Source: a virus
IMG/VR virus record: IMGVR_UViG_3300020419_001178
Span: 32,001 to 96,000 of that record
Reading direction: 5' to 3' (one strand)
DNA length: 64,000 nt
Part shown: positions 9,297 to 18,829 of the stretch, in pieces
Layout of the letters: each line of letters opens with the position of its first letter
Numbering within the stretch: the stretch's first letter is position 1
The notes under the pieces: model-generated
Told to the model about the DNA's origin: nothing
What the model saw: only the letters and a program-made list of their open reading frames with translations
Databases searched by the model: none
Position numbers and translations under genes: made by a program

Positions 9297-10113
9297 CTTT
9301 TTTAATTTCGTATTTGCTTATAAGTAAGTCAGTGACAGATCCTGTAATCGTTGTAGGAGTCACACCGCCACTTGAACTAGTAATAAAAACCTCATCTGCT
9401 GACAAAAATAGTTCTGTAGTTATAGGCATTCTTTGAAAATTTATATCTTGTTCATTTGCTATATCCTCAACTACACTCATTGTAATACCTTTTAGAACAT
9501 TTTTGTTAGAAGTCATTATGACTTTATCTTTTACAATACCTACATTGAACCCAGGGCCTTCAGTAACTAGTCCGTCAGTATCTACTAACACAGTCGTATC
9601 AAATCCGGTTGGACAATTCATTTGACTCATTGTTAATTCTATCCAAGCCATGTTCTTATATTGTTGTCCGTAGTAATCGTCGTTTACTCTGTGTGTTTTT
9701 TTATCCAAGTATAATTTAACCATCGGTGTTGATGCTATAGGATAACTAGGTTTAATATACATGGCAAAATTTATAGGACAATTTTCTAAATCTCTTGGAT
9801 TTCCACTAGAAGGATATCCACGCCAAATTATAAACCATACAAATGCATTCTCAATAGGATTACGTTTAGCAAGTTCTTTAATTACTTCTAAAGTATCTAC
9901 ATTTGGAATAGTTAGTCCGTAACGTTTAGCACTATTCTGAAATCTTTTTAAGTGCCTTTCATAACAAAATGCTTTTCCTTTATACACAGGCATTACATCA
10001 TAAGTAGCATCACAATGGATAAAACCAAAATCTAATATGCTAGGTCCTATATCTTTTAACGGCAGGAATTCACCGTTTTTATATGCTATTAAGTCTAATA
10101 CATTATTCATCAA
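9274..10113 (-). CDS. PLP-dependent class IV aminotransferase (BCAT/D-amino acid/R-amine family)
   Basis: HCDATYDV, RHLKRF, YKN, EGPGFNV, LKGIT, ADEVFITSSSGG. Confidence 0.9.
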   Translation of the reverse strand: MMNNVLDLIAYKNGEFLPLKDIGPSILDFGFIHCDATYDVMPVYKGKAFCYERHLKRFQNSAKRYGLTIPNVDTLEVIKELAKRNPIENAFVWFIIWRGYPSSGNPRDLENCPINFAMYIKPSYPIASTPMVKLYLDKKTHRVNDDYYGQQYKNMAWIELTMSQMNCPTGFDTTVLVDTDGLVTEGPGFNVGIVKDKVIMTSNKNVLKGITMSVVEDIANEQDINFQRMPITTELFLSADEVFITSSSGGVTPTTITGSVTDLLISKYEIKKDEYATKL

Positions 10114-10360
10114 AATTTACCTTTTTAAGTTGCGGATCGTCAGGCAATTTTTTCTTAAGTTCCTTTAATCTATTAATTCGCCATTCTAATAATTTAAAAT
10201 CAAGAACCCAAGGAAAAATAGCGTGAATAAGACTACCGATTGTTACTCCAAGTAGAAAAAAGAATTCAGCTATGGCTAATTTAAAGTGCCACCAATACCC
10301 TGCATCTTCTCTACCTGCTTTTGCTTTTGCTTCTTGTAAGTGTTTAGGATTGTACCACAT
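10103..10360 (-). CDS. small hydrophobic protein (DUF6356-like)
   Basis: HL...YWWHF...LIHAIFP pattern with one hydrophobic segment. Confidence 0.55.
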   Translation of the reverse strand: MWYNPKHLQEAKAKAGREDAGYWWHFKLAIAEFFFLLGVTIGSLIHAIFPWVLDFKLLEWRINRLKELKKKLPDDPQLKKVNFDE

Positions 10361-10904
10361 AATTTCCTTTCAACAAACTTCTACGTCTATTATACTCATT
10401 TATATTTAAATGCCAAATTGTTTGCTCACAGTTATATAATTCCATATCGCAATGTTTATCAAGTATTCCTTGCCTTGCTAATAGACCCATTAATCTATGA
10501 TTGCGGGCCGCTTTACCGTTTGAATGTTCTCGGTAAATGTTTGTAGTAATATATAGCTTGTCTGTAGGACAATAATCTATAAAGCGAGGAATAAATTCTC
10601 TTTGAGTAACGCTGTTCCAATCACCCTTTCCTAATCCTTTGAAGTTACTATCATGAGGTAGTTCACAACCTCTAAATAAAATTCTCCAAGCATCTTCGCC
10701 TACTTCCGGCAACGGATGACATCCGGCTACTGCTATTATATTTCCATTTTTTAAAGCACAAAAATATTCTCCCCATTCTTTTGTTTTTTCAAATCTCATT
10801 TCTTTCAGACTACTGTTATTAACATAGCCTAATTCTTTTGCTTTTTCACAAAAGGTTTCTAACTTAGAGATGAGATCATCAGTGATTATTTTTACTTCAA
10901 TCAT
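10344..10904 (-). CDS. putative GNAT-fold acyltransferase
   Basis: IIAVAGCH strand, RILFRG, KGLG motif. Confidence 0.45.
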   Translation of the reverse strand: MIEVKIITDDLISKLETFCEKAKELGYVNNSSLKEMRFEKTKEWGEYFCALKNGNIIAVAGCHPLPEVGEDAWRILFRGCELPHDSNFKGLGKGDWNSVTQREFIPRFIDYCPTDKLYITTNIYREHSNGKAARNHRLMGLLARQGILDKHCDMELYNCEQTIWHLNINEYNRRRSLLKGNYVVQS

Positions 10905-11530
10905 AGTGGCATTAAATTTGTTACTATTTCTTCTGCTGTTTTTTTATTAAGTTCAAGATTAACAACTAACCAATAACTATCTTCATTTGTACTATTAAAT
11001 AATTGATGTACCTTTGCTGTATTTAAAAAGTACAAATGACCTAAACGCCAATTTAAAATTTTATCTTCTAGTATAAATGTACAAGGATTTTTCATTGGAC
11101 ATATTAATCTACAACTATCTAAATTAAGATGCCTAAAATCTCTATGGGTAGGAAAATATCCGCCAGGGGCTAATTTTAAAATATGTGTCCTAAAAAAATT
11201 ACCTTCAAATGGTTTTAAAAAATCTTTTATACTGTTACTTTTCGTATACGCATCTGTATACACATTAAAATCTTGCTCTTCATAATTTGTATTATTTTCT
11301 TGATTGTATTCGTGTAAACTATCTAGATCTGGTATTCCAGATAACCCGCCGTCTAAACTGGTTAGGCTTAATCCGTATCTAGCAATAGGTTTTCTAGGAT
11401 TGTATTTGACATAGTCAAAGTTTTCTTCTGTCCATTTTATGTATGCTCTGCTATCAAAATTGAAACCTAGCCTAATAAAATCACCATATTGTGTTATTGT
11501 TTGATACAAGCCAGACAAGATATCCTCCAA
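10901..11530 (-). CDS. Asp/Asn beta-hydroxylase-like Fe(II)/2OG oxygenase
   Basis: LKLAPGGYFPTHRD, YFLNTAKVHQLFN; TTG start. Confidence 0.75.
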   Translation of the reverse strand: MEDILSGLYQTITQYGDFIRLGFNFDSRAYIKWTEENFDYVKYNPRKPIARYGLSLTSLDGGLSGIPDLDSLHEYNQENNTNYEEQDFNVYTDAYTKSNSIKDFLKPFEGNFFRTHILKLAPGGYFPTHRDFRHLNLDSCRLICPMKNPCTFILEDKILNWRLGHLYFLNTAKVHQLFNSTNEDSYWLVVNLELNKKTAEEIVTNLMPL

Positions 11531-11540
11531 ATTCTATTCA

Positions 11541-11554
11541 TATAAATATTTATT
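11541..11554. promoter_or_regulatory. overlapping divergent late promoters
   Basis: TATAAATA (+, 11541-11548) overlaps ATAAATA (-, 11547-11553), forming the palindrome ATAAATATTTAT. Confidence 0.75.
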
Positions 11555-11580
11555 GAACGTATGTAAAGGTTTTAGTCAAT

Positions 11581-12459
11581 ATGAATAGACAAACTCAGCT
11601 AGAAAATCAAATAAAATTTATGAATTATGACCGTAGTAAAAACATGGACGTAATTCGTAACATGCAAAAATGTCAAAGGAATTGGGACTACTCTAAAAAA
11701 ATATGGGACGAAATAGTCGAATATTTACTATGGATTGCAGAAAATAGTCCTTCCAAACAATGGGAAGCCTATTACGATGTGTATTGGAGTGCTGACAGGA
11801 AAGTAGTACAAGAAATATCCAGGTATACCTGGGGGTGTACACATAGCAGAAATCCTCCTAGCACATGGAGAAATGCTCAAGCTAATGCTAATATGTATAT
11901 GTTATTTGTTGCCAAAGAGCCTGAAACGCAAGAGAATTGTAACCCCGACGGAACTTTAAAATCTAACACTAAAAATTCTAGATGGGAAAATGCTTATGTC
12001 AGTATAGGTATAGCAATGGGGCTTGTTATGCATGCCGCTCATAAATTAGATATGGTTACAGGTTGTAATAAGAGTCACGGTGATATAAATGGCGACATGT
12101 TCTGGGAAAAAAGGCTTGGAATCTTGGATGATGTAAAAGCAGGCAGGAAAAAGATTGCTTATGGCATAGGCATAGGATATCCACAAGCAGACAAAGAAAG
12201 ATGGCAAACAGATGAGACAGAATTAGCAATAGGTGCTGGCAACGGAGATACATTAACAACTTTAAATGAAAAAGATCCTAATTGGGTAGATAAACATATT
12301 GATACAGGAAAAACCGTCAGGAAAATTAAGATAGTAAACATAAAAGAAAACTCAGAAGCAGTTGACCCTTATGGCAATTTACATCCACTACCTCTTACAA
12401 GTGATATTAAAATTAACACACAAAAAATACGCAAAATTAATGTGACGGAGATTAAATGA
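11581..12459 (+). CDS. nitroreductase-fold flavoprotein
   Basis: QRNWD...SPSKQ N-terminal FMN motif, SIGIAMGLVMHAAHKLDMVTG, GIGIGYP. Confidence 0.7.
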   Translation: MNRQTQLENQIKFMNYDRSKNMDVIRNMQKCQRNWDYSKKIWDEIVEYLLWIAENSPSKQWEAYYDVYWSADRKVVQEISRYTWGCTHSRNPPSTWRNAQANANMYMLFVAKEPETQENCNPDGTLKSNTKNSRWENAYVSIGIAMGLVMHAAHKLDMVTGCNKSHGDINGDMFWEKRLGILDDVKAGRKKIAYGIGIGYPQADKERWQTDETELAIGAGNGDTLTTLNEKDPNWVDKHIDTGKTVRKIKIVNIKENSEAVDPYGNLHPLPLTSDIKINTQKIRKINVTEIK

Positions 12460-13340
12460 TAAACATAGTTGTTACAAGCAAACCTTGTGATGGTTTGTTT
12501 TACTATAGTTACGAATACAAATCAGCTTTAAAAAGTATAGGTATGCCTGTACAAGTTATAGTAATTACACATAGAAAATTTAAGGAACAAGATTATTTAG
12601 ACAGCATAAATGAAAAATATATTCATTGTGAAGATTTATTTTTCAACGATTTTAATCCTGAAGAAAATGACACAACTTTAATCATGGGTAGAAGCATGAT
12701 GACATTAGGTTATCAGGATTTCAAAGAATATACGGAATCTCAACAGGAAACTTTGAAAAAAGTTTTTAGTAAAAATCTAATAGCTGTATATTCCGAAAAT
12801 CATCCTACTAGATATCATCAAGCTATCGGATTTTTTAATCCTGCGAAAATAATAGATTTATGCGACACTGATGTGTATCCAGAAGGGCCTACAGAATTAC
12901 ATTTTGAGAAACATATTAATTTTACAATTCACAAAGATATAATAGATGATATTAAGTTTGATCATTTGTTTTTAGGAACTAACGACAAATACTATGCTAC
13001 TATAAATTCAATAATTAAAGACTATCCTGATCATGGAATTATTACATACGATGAAGATTATATAAATGAAAACAATAATAATGTTTTTGCTCCAGTCAAA
13101 AATATTATGGGAATGTTTAAAACTTATGTATATACTAAGGATACTTTTGATCCAGCACCAAGAATATTTCAAGAATGTAGATATTTTGGTAAGGAAGTAA
13201 TTTATCAAAGAGATAAAAGTATAAAAGATGGAGGTAGTGTGTATTGGGATAGAGGCTTGAAAGATCCTGATATATCTAATATAGCAACAGCAATACAGCA
13301 ATTTGCGGGTCAACGAAATGTGCCTGTAAAGAAGGGATAG
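12456..13340 (+). CDS. hypothetical protein (possibly glycosyltransferase-like)
   Basis: 294-aa ORF, operonic; the DPAPRIFQEC segment only weakly resembles GT-B C-termini. Confidence 0.6.
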   Translation: MINIVVTSKPCDGLFYYSYEYKSALKSIGMPVQVIVITHRKFKEQDYLDSINEKYIHCEDLFFNDFNPEENDTTLIMGRSMMTLGYQDFKEYTESQQETLKKVFSKNLIAVYSENHPTRYHQAIGFFNPAKIIDLCDTDVYPEGPTELHFEKHINFTIHKDIIDDIKFDHLFLGTNDKYYATINSIIKDYPDHGIITYDEDYINENNNNVFAPVKNIMGMFKTYVYTKDTFDPAPRIFQECRYFGKEVIYQRDKSIKDGGSVYWDRGLKDPDISNIATAIQQFAGQRNVPVKKG

Positions 13341-13342
13341 TA

Positions 13343-14416
13343 ATGATATCATACGACGGATGGGATAGAGAGTACCAAAAAAATAGATCAGCGTACCTAG
13401 ACATATTTGAAAGTTTTATGTCGCAACTTAATTATGAGAACGCAGAAGATTTCGAAAAACAAATAGCAGAATACGTAGGTAGGAAACATGTCGTATCCGT
13501 AGCTTGTGCTACTGATGCCTTAGGCTTTTCTTTAATGAGTCACGGTATAGGTCCAGGTGACGAAGTTTTGGTAACAGACTTCAGCTGGATTTCGACATCT
13601 TCATGTATAAGTATGACCGGTGCCACTCCTGTTTTCTGTGATATAGATTTAGATTCGTATCATATGAGTTTTGAAAGTATAAAACGCATGGTAAGTCCTA
13701 AGACAAAAGCAATAGTATATACACATCTATTTGGAAACATGGTTGATGTCACTGAAATAATAGAATTTTGTACGGAGAAAAAAATATTCTTTATTGAAGA
13801 TGCCGCACAATCGTTAGGTTCTAGTTACAATAAAGTAAAAGCAGGTAGCATAGGACATTGTAGTTCCTTTAGTTTTAACACAAATAAAGTGATCGCAGGC
13901 ATAAACGGTGGTGGTGTGTTTATGACTGATAATGAAGATATAGCTAATATTGTTAGAAAACTAAGAAGACACGGAAAAGACAAGGATTTTGAAATGATTG
14001 GTTACAATTCTAGATTGTATGTTTTCAATTCTATGATTATAAAACAAAGAATGAAAAATATTGTTGAAACGCAAAAAACGAGACAAGAAATAGCCCAAAG
14101 ATATAATGATGCTTTTAAAGACTTACCTGTAATTACACAAAAGCCTAGTGGCATATTAGATCATAATTTTCACAAATATACTGTAAGATTTGAAAATAAA
14201 GAAATTAGAAAAAAAGTTAAAAAGGAACTGAGTTTATCCATACACTACGAACGTCCTTTATCAGAAAACTCTATGTATGAACATTTAAAATATAGAAAAG
14301 ACGATTGTAAAAATGCTAAATTAGTAGCAGATACTATTGTATCACTTCCAATACATGCTTGGTTAAAAGAAGAAGAAATAAATCAAATTATAGATAAAGT
14401 AAAATCAAGTTTCTAG
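13343..14416 (+). CDS. DegT/DnrJ/EryC1/StrS sugar aminotransferase
   Basis: GIGPGDEV, GATPVFCDID, IEDAAQSLG, SFNTNK (PLP lysine), SLPIH. Confidence 0.92.
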   Translation: MISYDGWDREYQKNRSAYLDIFESFMSQLNYENAEDFEKQIAEYVGRKHVVSVACATDALGFSLMSHGIGPGDEVLVTDFSWISTSSCISMTGATPVFCDIDLDSYHMSFESIKRMVSPKTKAIVYTHLFGNMVDVTEIIEFCTEKKIFFIEDAAQSLGSSYNKVKAGSIGHCSSFSFNTNKVIAGINGGGVFMTDNEDIANIVRKLRRHGKDKDFEMIGYNSRLYVFNSMIIKQRMKNIVETQKTRQEIAQRYNDAFKDLPVITQKPSGILDHNFHKYTVRFENKEIRKKVKKELSLSIHYERPLSENSMYEHLKYRKDDCKNAKLVADTIVSLPIHAWLKEEEINQIIDKVKSSF

Positions 14417-15103
14417 TTTAATAAATGATAAGATATCTCTTGCGGCTACCATGTGAGATCCACGTCCTGGATGTAGGTTGTCTAACGCTATGTCAATAAA
14501 AAAAGATTTGTTTTTCAGCCTCATTAAATTTACATTATTCCAAGAATAATCTAAATCTTTGTAATTGTTTTCGCACGTCACATGATAATTTTTTATTCCG
14601 ATTCTATCTAAATGATATTTTGCCATATTCATTCTTACAATAGAATCATAAGCAGTATCTACATCTGTATGAAATTTTTCATAGTATAATAATGTATCTT
14701 CTAGGTTGGTTCCATTTGGCGCTCTTCTGCTTGTTCCTATTTTTTCAACGTCCATTGGCATAAATCTTTGAATTGCTCCGCCTCTCCAATCCTGTCTTTC
14801 TTTTTCTAAAAATACACAGTACCGATCAAAGTAACTCCACATTACTACAACTATATCACCTTTTACATATTTTGTATGTAGAATGATGTCTAATATATGT
14901 TTATTAGATGCTCCTGGCACAGCAAAATTTACACATTTTCGTCCTAAATCATCTGACACTAGTCTAGGCCAAGCGTATTTACTAGGTTTTTGTCCGTGTG
15001 ATCCTTTTTGCTTCATGGTAGGTTGTCCATTTTTGTCTACCCAACAATCAGTAAGTCCTTCACCATACGTGTTACTACAACCAAATGCTACTAATCTGTT
15101 CAT
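14405..15103 (-). CDS. SGNH/GDSL hydrolase-fold protein
   Basis: AFGCSNTYG block I, PGASN, DNLHPG block V. Confidence 0.7.
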   Translation of the reverse strand: MNRLVAFGCSNTYGEGLTDCWVDKNGQPTMKQKGSHGQKPSKYAWPRLVSDDLGRKCVNFAVPGASNKHILDIILHTKYVKGDIVVVMWSYFDRYCVFLEKERQDWRGGAIQRFMPMDVEKIGTSRRAPNGTNLEDTLLYYEKFHTDVDTAYDSIVRMNMAKYHLDRIGIKNYHVTCENNYKDLDYSWNNVNLMRLKNKSFFIDIALDNLHPGRGSHMVAARDILSFIKLET

Positions 15104-15108
15104 GCTTA

Positions 15109-15156
15109 TATTTACCTGCCAGGCTTTAATGTATTTTATTTTGCGAATAATAAATA
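15109..15156. promoter_or_regulatory. divergent late promoter motifs
   Basis: TAAATA on - (15109-15114) and ATAAATA on + (15150-15156). Confidence 0.6.
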
Positions 15157-15173
15157 TTCAAGTAAGAGTGTAA

Positions 15174-16019
15174 ATGAGAAAACCTATATCATTAAAAGAA
15201 CTTAAAGGTTCACAATACAGAACAGTGGATTTTTATCTTTCAAAATCCTGTAATAAATCGTGCCACTACTGTACTGCTTGGACTCTTGAAATGAGATACC
15301 TACACACAAATATGGATTTGGTGCGTACTATCCTAAAAGGATTATCTCCTTACAAAACAAGAATATGTTTACTTGGAGGAGAACCAGGGCTTATAAAAAA
15401 TCTTGACGAAATAATAGCAGAGATAAAGAAACATGACAATTTGATACCACAGGTATTATCAAATAGTCTAGTTAGAAAATTTTATCCACACATACTTGAA
15501 GACCCTGAAATCATTTATATAGAACATTTAGTATTAGACTTTTATGAAGATAAAATAGAAAAACTAGGCAACTGGCCGTTTTTGCCAAGAAATGATAAAA
15601 ACAATTATAATTTAATAATAGAAACTCCTGGTTATTTCAAATACAGAGATAGATTTGATCTTACAGAAATAGATCACGAAAATACAGAATTTAAAGAATA
15701 TAATTCTAGATCACCTGACTTCCATAGTGATCACGATATAATACAAGCACCAGAGATAGAACGGAGAATATGTGCTAAATTTCCGCAGGTTCCTGTTTTT
15801 GATTTTGAAATACAAAAGATCAGGCACTGCAGTAGGAAAGCAATTGACGGTTCTAGAGAATTTGATATAACTGTAGAAAATATACAAAAAATGATGGAAT
15901 ATAAATTATTTGACTTTGAAAAATATTGTACTACTTGTATGGATATTATTCCTCCTAGACCAGAGGCTAGGAGATTAGAAATACTAGAAAAATTAGCATT
16001 GGAAAAAACACCAGCATGA
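15174..16019 (+). CDS. radical SAM protein with C-terminal Cys cluster (twitch/SPASM-like)
   Basis: CNKSCHYC, LLGGEPGL, C-terminal C...HC...CTTC. Confidence 0.85.
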   Translation: MRKPISLKELKGSQYRTVDFYLSKSCNKSCHYCTAWTLEMRYLHTNMDLVRTILKGLSPYKTRICLLGGEPGLIKNLDEIIAEIKKHDNLIPQVLSNSLVRKFYPHILEDPEIIYIEHLVLDFYEDKIEKLGNWPFLPRNDKNNYNLIIETPGYFKYRDRFDLTEIDHENTEFKEYNSRSPDFHSDHDIIQAPEIERRICAKFPQVPVFDFEIQKIRHCSRKAIDGSREFDITVENIQKMMEYKLFDFEKYCTTCMDIIPPRPEARRLEILEKLALEKTPA

Positions 16020-17530
16020 ACATATATTCAGTAGCTTTAAATATTCATGACCATAATACATACGACGGAACATTTCACAACCAAGTTGAGAGACATAACA
16101 GGATTAAACATAATCTAAATTATGAATGGTCACATGACCCTAGTCCTAGTAAAAAATTTTTTAATGAACATGTATTAGACAAATTTAAAAGTAGAGACGA
16201 AAATAATATATTTGCATTCACAGTATCTAACTTAGGCCAAGAATTTGTAACAGATTTAATTGATGAAAACTTTCCAAATAAAGACTTTTTAAAATTTAAA
16301 CCCAAAAGTTTATGGGAACCATTTCATAACGAGTTTGTTTACTACATTGACCATCATCAATCACATGCTACCTATGCCTTTCTTACTTCGGGATATCCAG
16401 AATCTGATATACTTGCTATAGATGGAAGAGGTTGGCAATTTAATTGTATTTTTATAGGAAAAGATGGTATTATAAAAGACCTATCAAAAAAGATTCCTAT
16501 TGGAGGACTATGGAATAGATTAGCTCAAGACATAGGGTTTAAGTATCTTGACGCAGGCAAAGTAATGGGATTAGCAGGATACGGAAAGTATAATTATCAG
16601 ACAGATGCTATGATTGAAACTTATTTAATGAATCCTAATCATACACTACCTAGTTTTGCTACTGAAGTAATTAAAAATAATAAAAGAGAAGATATAGCTT
16701 ATACATTACAGTTTAAAACTATAGAACTTATAAAAAAGTACGTGTATCCACTTAAGACTTGTGATAATATTTGTGTAGCGGGCGGAGTAGCATACAATGG
16801 TTACATGAACGAAGAACTGACAAAGCACTATAAAAATGTACACATTCCTCCAGCTATAGGAGATGAAGGTCAGGCCTTAGGCACTTATATGCATGCCGAC
16901 TATTATCTAAATGATAATATACATAAGCCTAGTGTGTTTTCTGGCAAGGAACATGTTATAGATACAAATCTGTTTACAGGAATGAGCTTTGAAAAATGGC
17001 CATTTGAAAAATTAGTAAGTATGGTAGCAGAAGAAATTGCTAACGGTAAAATAGTAGGATGGTATCAAGGAAAATCTGAAAGTGGAAATAGAGCTTTAGG
17101 TAATAGAAGCATACTAGCCGATCCACGCAATCCTAATATAAAAGATATCATAAACAGTAAAATTAAGAAACGCGAAGACTTTAGACCATTTGCTCCTAGT
17201 GTTTTAGAAGAACATTATCAAGAATATTTTGACACCAGTCAACCTAGTCCATACATGTCTAGAATTATGCCAGTCAAAGTAGATACAGTACCTGGAATTA
17301 CACATGTAGATGGTACTGCTAGAATACAAACAGTGAATAGATCATTCAATAAACGATATTATGACTTAATTACTGCTTTTTATAAACATACAGGAATACC
17401 TATGCTTTTGAACACCAGTTTTAATTGCCAGGAACCTATAGTAGAAACACCAGCAGATGCTTTACGTACTTTTAAAAATTGTGGTTTAGACTTATTAGTA
17501 TTAGGAGATTATTTAATATGGAAGTTATAA
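16016..17530 (+). CDS. carbamoyltransferase (NodU/CmcH/TobZ family)
   Basis: HHQSHA, IDGRG, GKVMGLAGYG, GGVAYN, RALGNRSILADP, FRPFAP, HVDGTARIQTV, LNTSFN. Confidence 0.95.
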   Translation: MNIYSVALNIHDHNTYDGTFHNQVERHNRIKHNLNYEWSHDPSPSKKFFNEHVLDKFKSRDENNIFAFTVSNLGQEFVTDLIDENFPNKDFLKFKPKSLWEPFHNEFVYYIDHHQSHATYAFLTSGYPESDILAIDGRGWQFNCIFIGKDGIIKDLSKKIPIGGLWNRLAQDIGFKYLDAGKVMGLAGYGKYNYQTDAMIETYLMNPNHTLPSFATEVIKNNKREDIAYTLQFKTIELIKKYVYPLKTCDNICVAGGVAYNGYMNEELTKHYKNVHIPPAIGDEGQALGTYMHADYYLNDNIHKPSVFSGKEHVIDTNLFTGMSFEKWPFEKLVSMVAEEIANGKIVGWYQGKSESGNRALGNRSILADPRNPNIKDIINSKIKKREDFRPFAPSVLEEHYQEYFDTSQPSPYMSRIMPVKVDTVPGITHVDGTARIQTVNRSFNKRYYDLITAFYKHTGIPMLLNTSFNCQEPIVETPADALRTFKNCGLDLLVLGDYLIWKL

Positions 17531-18162
17531 ATGAAAACTATTGGAAAGTATGGTGGGAAGCTATACAACACAGTCATGAGATAAAAGATATACTTTACAG
17601 CGTTGGTCCTGATCAAATGGATTCAAAAGTTCATCTTGTTGATAGTATTCCGTTAGATGAAATGAAAAAGTTTAACGATTTAAAAATACACTTATATGGT
17701 GGTTGGTATGGATATCCTCTAATTAATCTTTTACTTAATAAATTTTTAAATATAGAACATATAACAAATATAGACTTAGACGAAAAAGCATTAGATCTAT
17801 CAAGAAAATACACCCACGCTATGAGCTTAGAGAACAAAGTCTTTTTTAAACACAGAGATGTTAAAGATAAAATAGAAACATCTTACTATAAAGACAAAGA
17901 TGTAAGATTAGTTATTAATACATCAAGCGAACACATGGCAGATCTGCCTGATTTAATAGCAAATAAAGATTACACTCCTAATTGTGTATTTGCTTTACAA
18001 AGTAATAATATGTTTCATGTAAAAGATCAACATATAAACTGTTCAAATAATTTAGATGAATTCGTAAGTAAAACTGGGCTTACTAAGATATGGTTTGCTG
18101 ACACTTACAAAATGTCAAACGGATATGAAAGATATACTGTTATTGGCAATCATCGAACTTAG
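17518..18162 (+). CDS. putative SAM-dependent methyltransferase-fold protein
   Basis: YGGWYG, NIDLD, VINTSSEHM, LQSNN; ATG 17518 has a GGAG RBS. Confidence 0.6.
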   Translation: MEVINENYWKVWWEAIQHSHEIKDILYSVGPDQMDSKVHLVDSIPLDEMKKFNDLKIHLYGGWYGYPLINLLLNKFLNIEHITNIDLDEKALDLSRKYTHAMSLENKVFFKHRDVKDKIETSYYKDKDVRLVINTSSEHMADLPDLIANKDYTPNCVFALQSNNMFHVKDQHINCSNNLDEFVSKTGLTKIWFADTYKMSNGYERYTVIGNHRT

Positions 18163-18829
18163 ATTTTAACCAATCAAAATCATTTATTAACCGAAGATCA
18201 GACCCCCTAGAAAAGCCAAACTCCATACCAGCATTAGCACCTCGAATCGCATCTTCACGAAATCTTCCATTACCTGTTGTGGTCCATACTTTAAGTCTTT
18301 CATTAGTTTCTCCTTCTTGTTGTCTATCTATCACTTTACTACTTAATTTAGCACATTCTCTAAAAGCACTTTTCCATGTATTAAATGAATCAGTATCGAA
18401 AGCTGTTATGTTACTTACTTGATCAAATACAATGAAGTTGTCTGAAATGCTTGTTGTCATATCATAACTGTTTACATCCATATTCTTTGTTAAGTTTGTT
18501 GGAAGTAACTTGACTCCACCGTAACCATAAGTAAGATTGTTTACAGGATTCATACTTTTGTATACATGAACAATATTTTCAATTTTTGAAGTTACAAAAT
18601 AATTAAACATAAAGTCTTCTGTAATTACTGCGTCACCATCTACTACAAAAAAATATCTTGTATTAGCTTTTTTAGCCGCTTCTATATGAGCTTTGTGTAT
18701 TCCTTTAACCCCGTCTATCCTTTTAACTCTATCTCCAAAAACTCCTGACGTATTAAATCTATTATACAAATCATTATAATTTTTATCTGCGTGAGGCTCG
18801 TTATAACTTATAAAAACTATATCATGCAT
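18140..18829 (-). CDS. GT-A-fold glycosyltransferase-like protein
   Basis: DIVFISYNEP, VVDGD (DxD), YGYGGVK, WKSAFRE; paralogue of 20183-21082. Confidence 0.65.
   Translation of the reverse strand: MHDIVFISYNEPHADKNYNDLYNRFNTSGVFGDRVKRIDGVKGIHKAHIEAAKKANTRYFFVVDGDAVITEDFMFNYFVTSKIENIVHVYKSMNPVNNLTYGYGGVKLLPTNLTKNMDVNSYDMTTSISDNFIVFDQVSNITAFDTDSFNTWKSAFRECAKLSSKVIDRQQEGETNERLKVWTTTGNGRFREDAIRGANAGMEFGFSRGSDLRLINDFDWLKSKFDDCQ

Noticed and set aside
3388-17517. Track start positions 3450, 7622 and 17479
   Set aside because: Downstream ATGs (3387, 7583, 17518) have an RBS or ATGA coupling and avoid long overlaps
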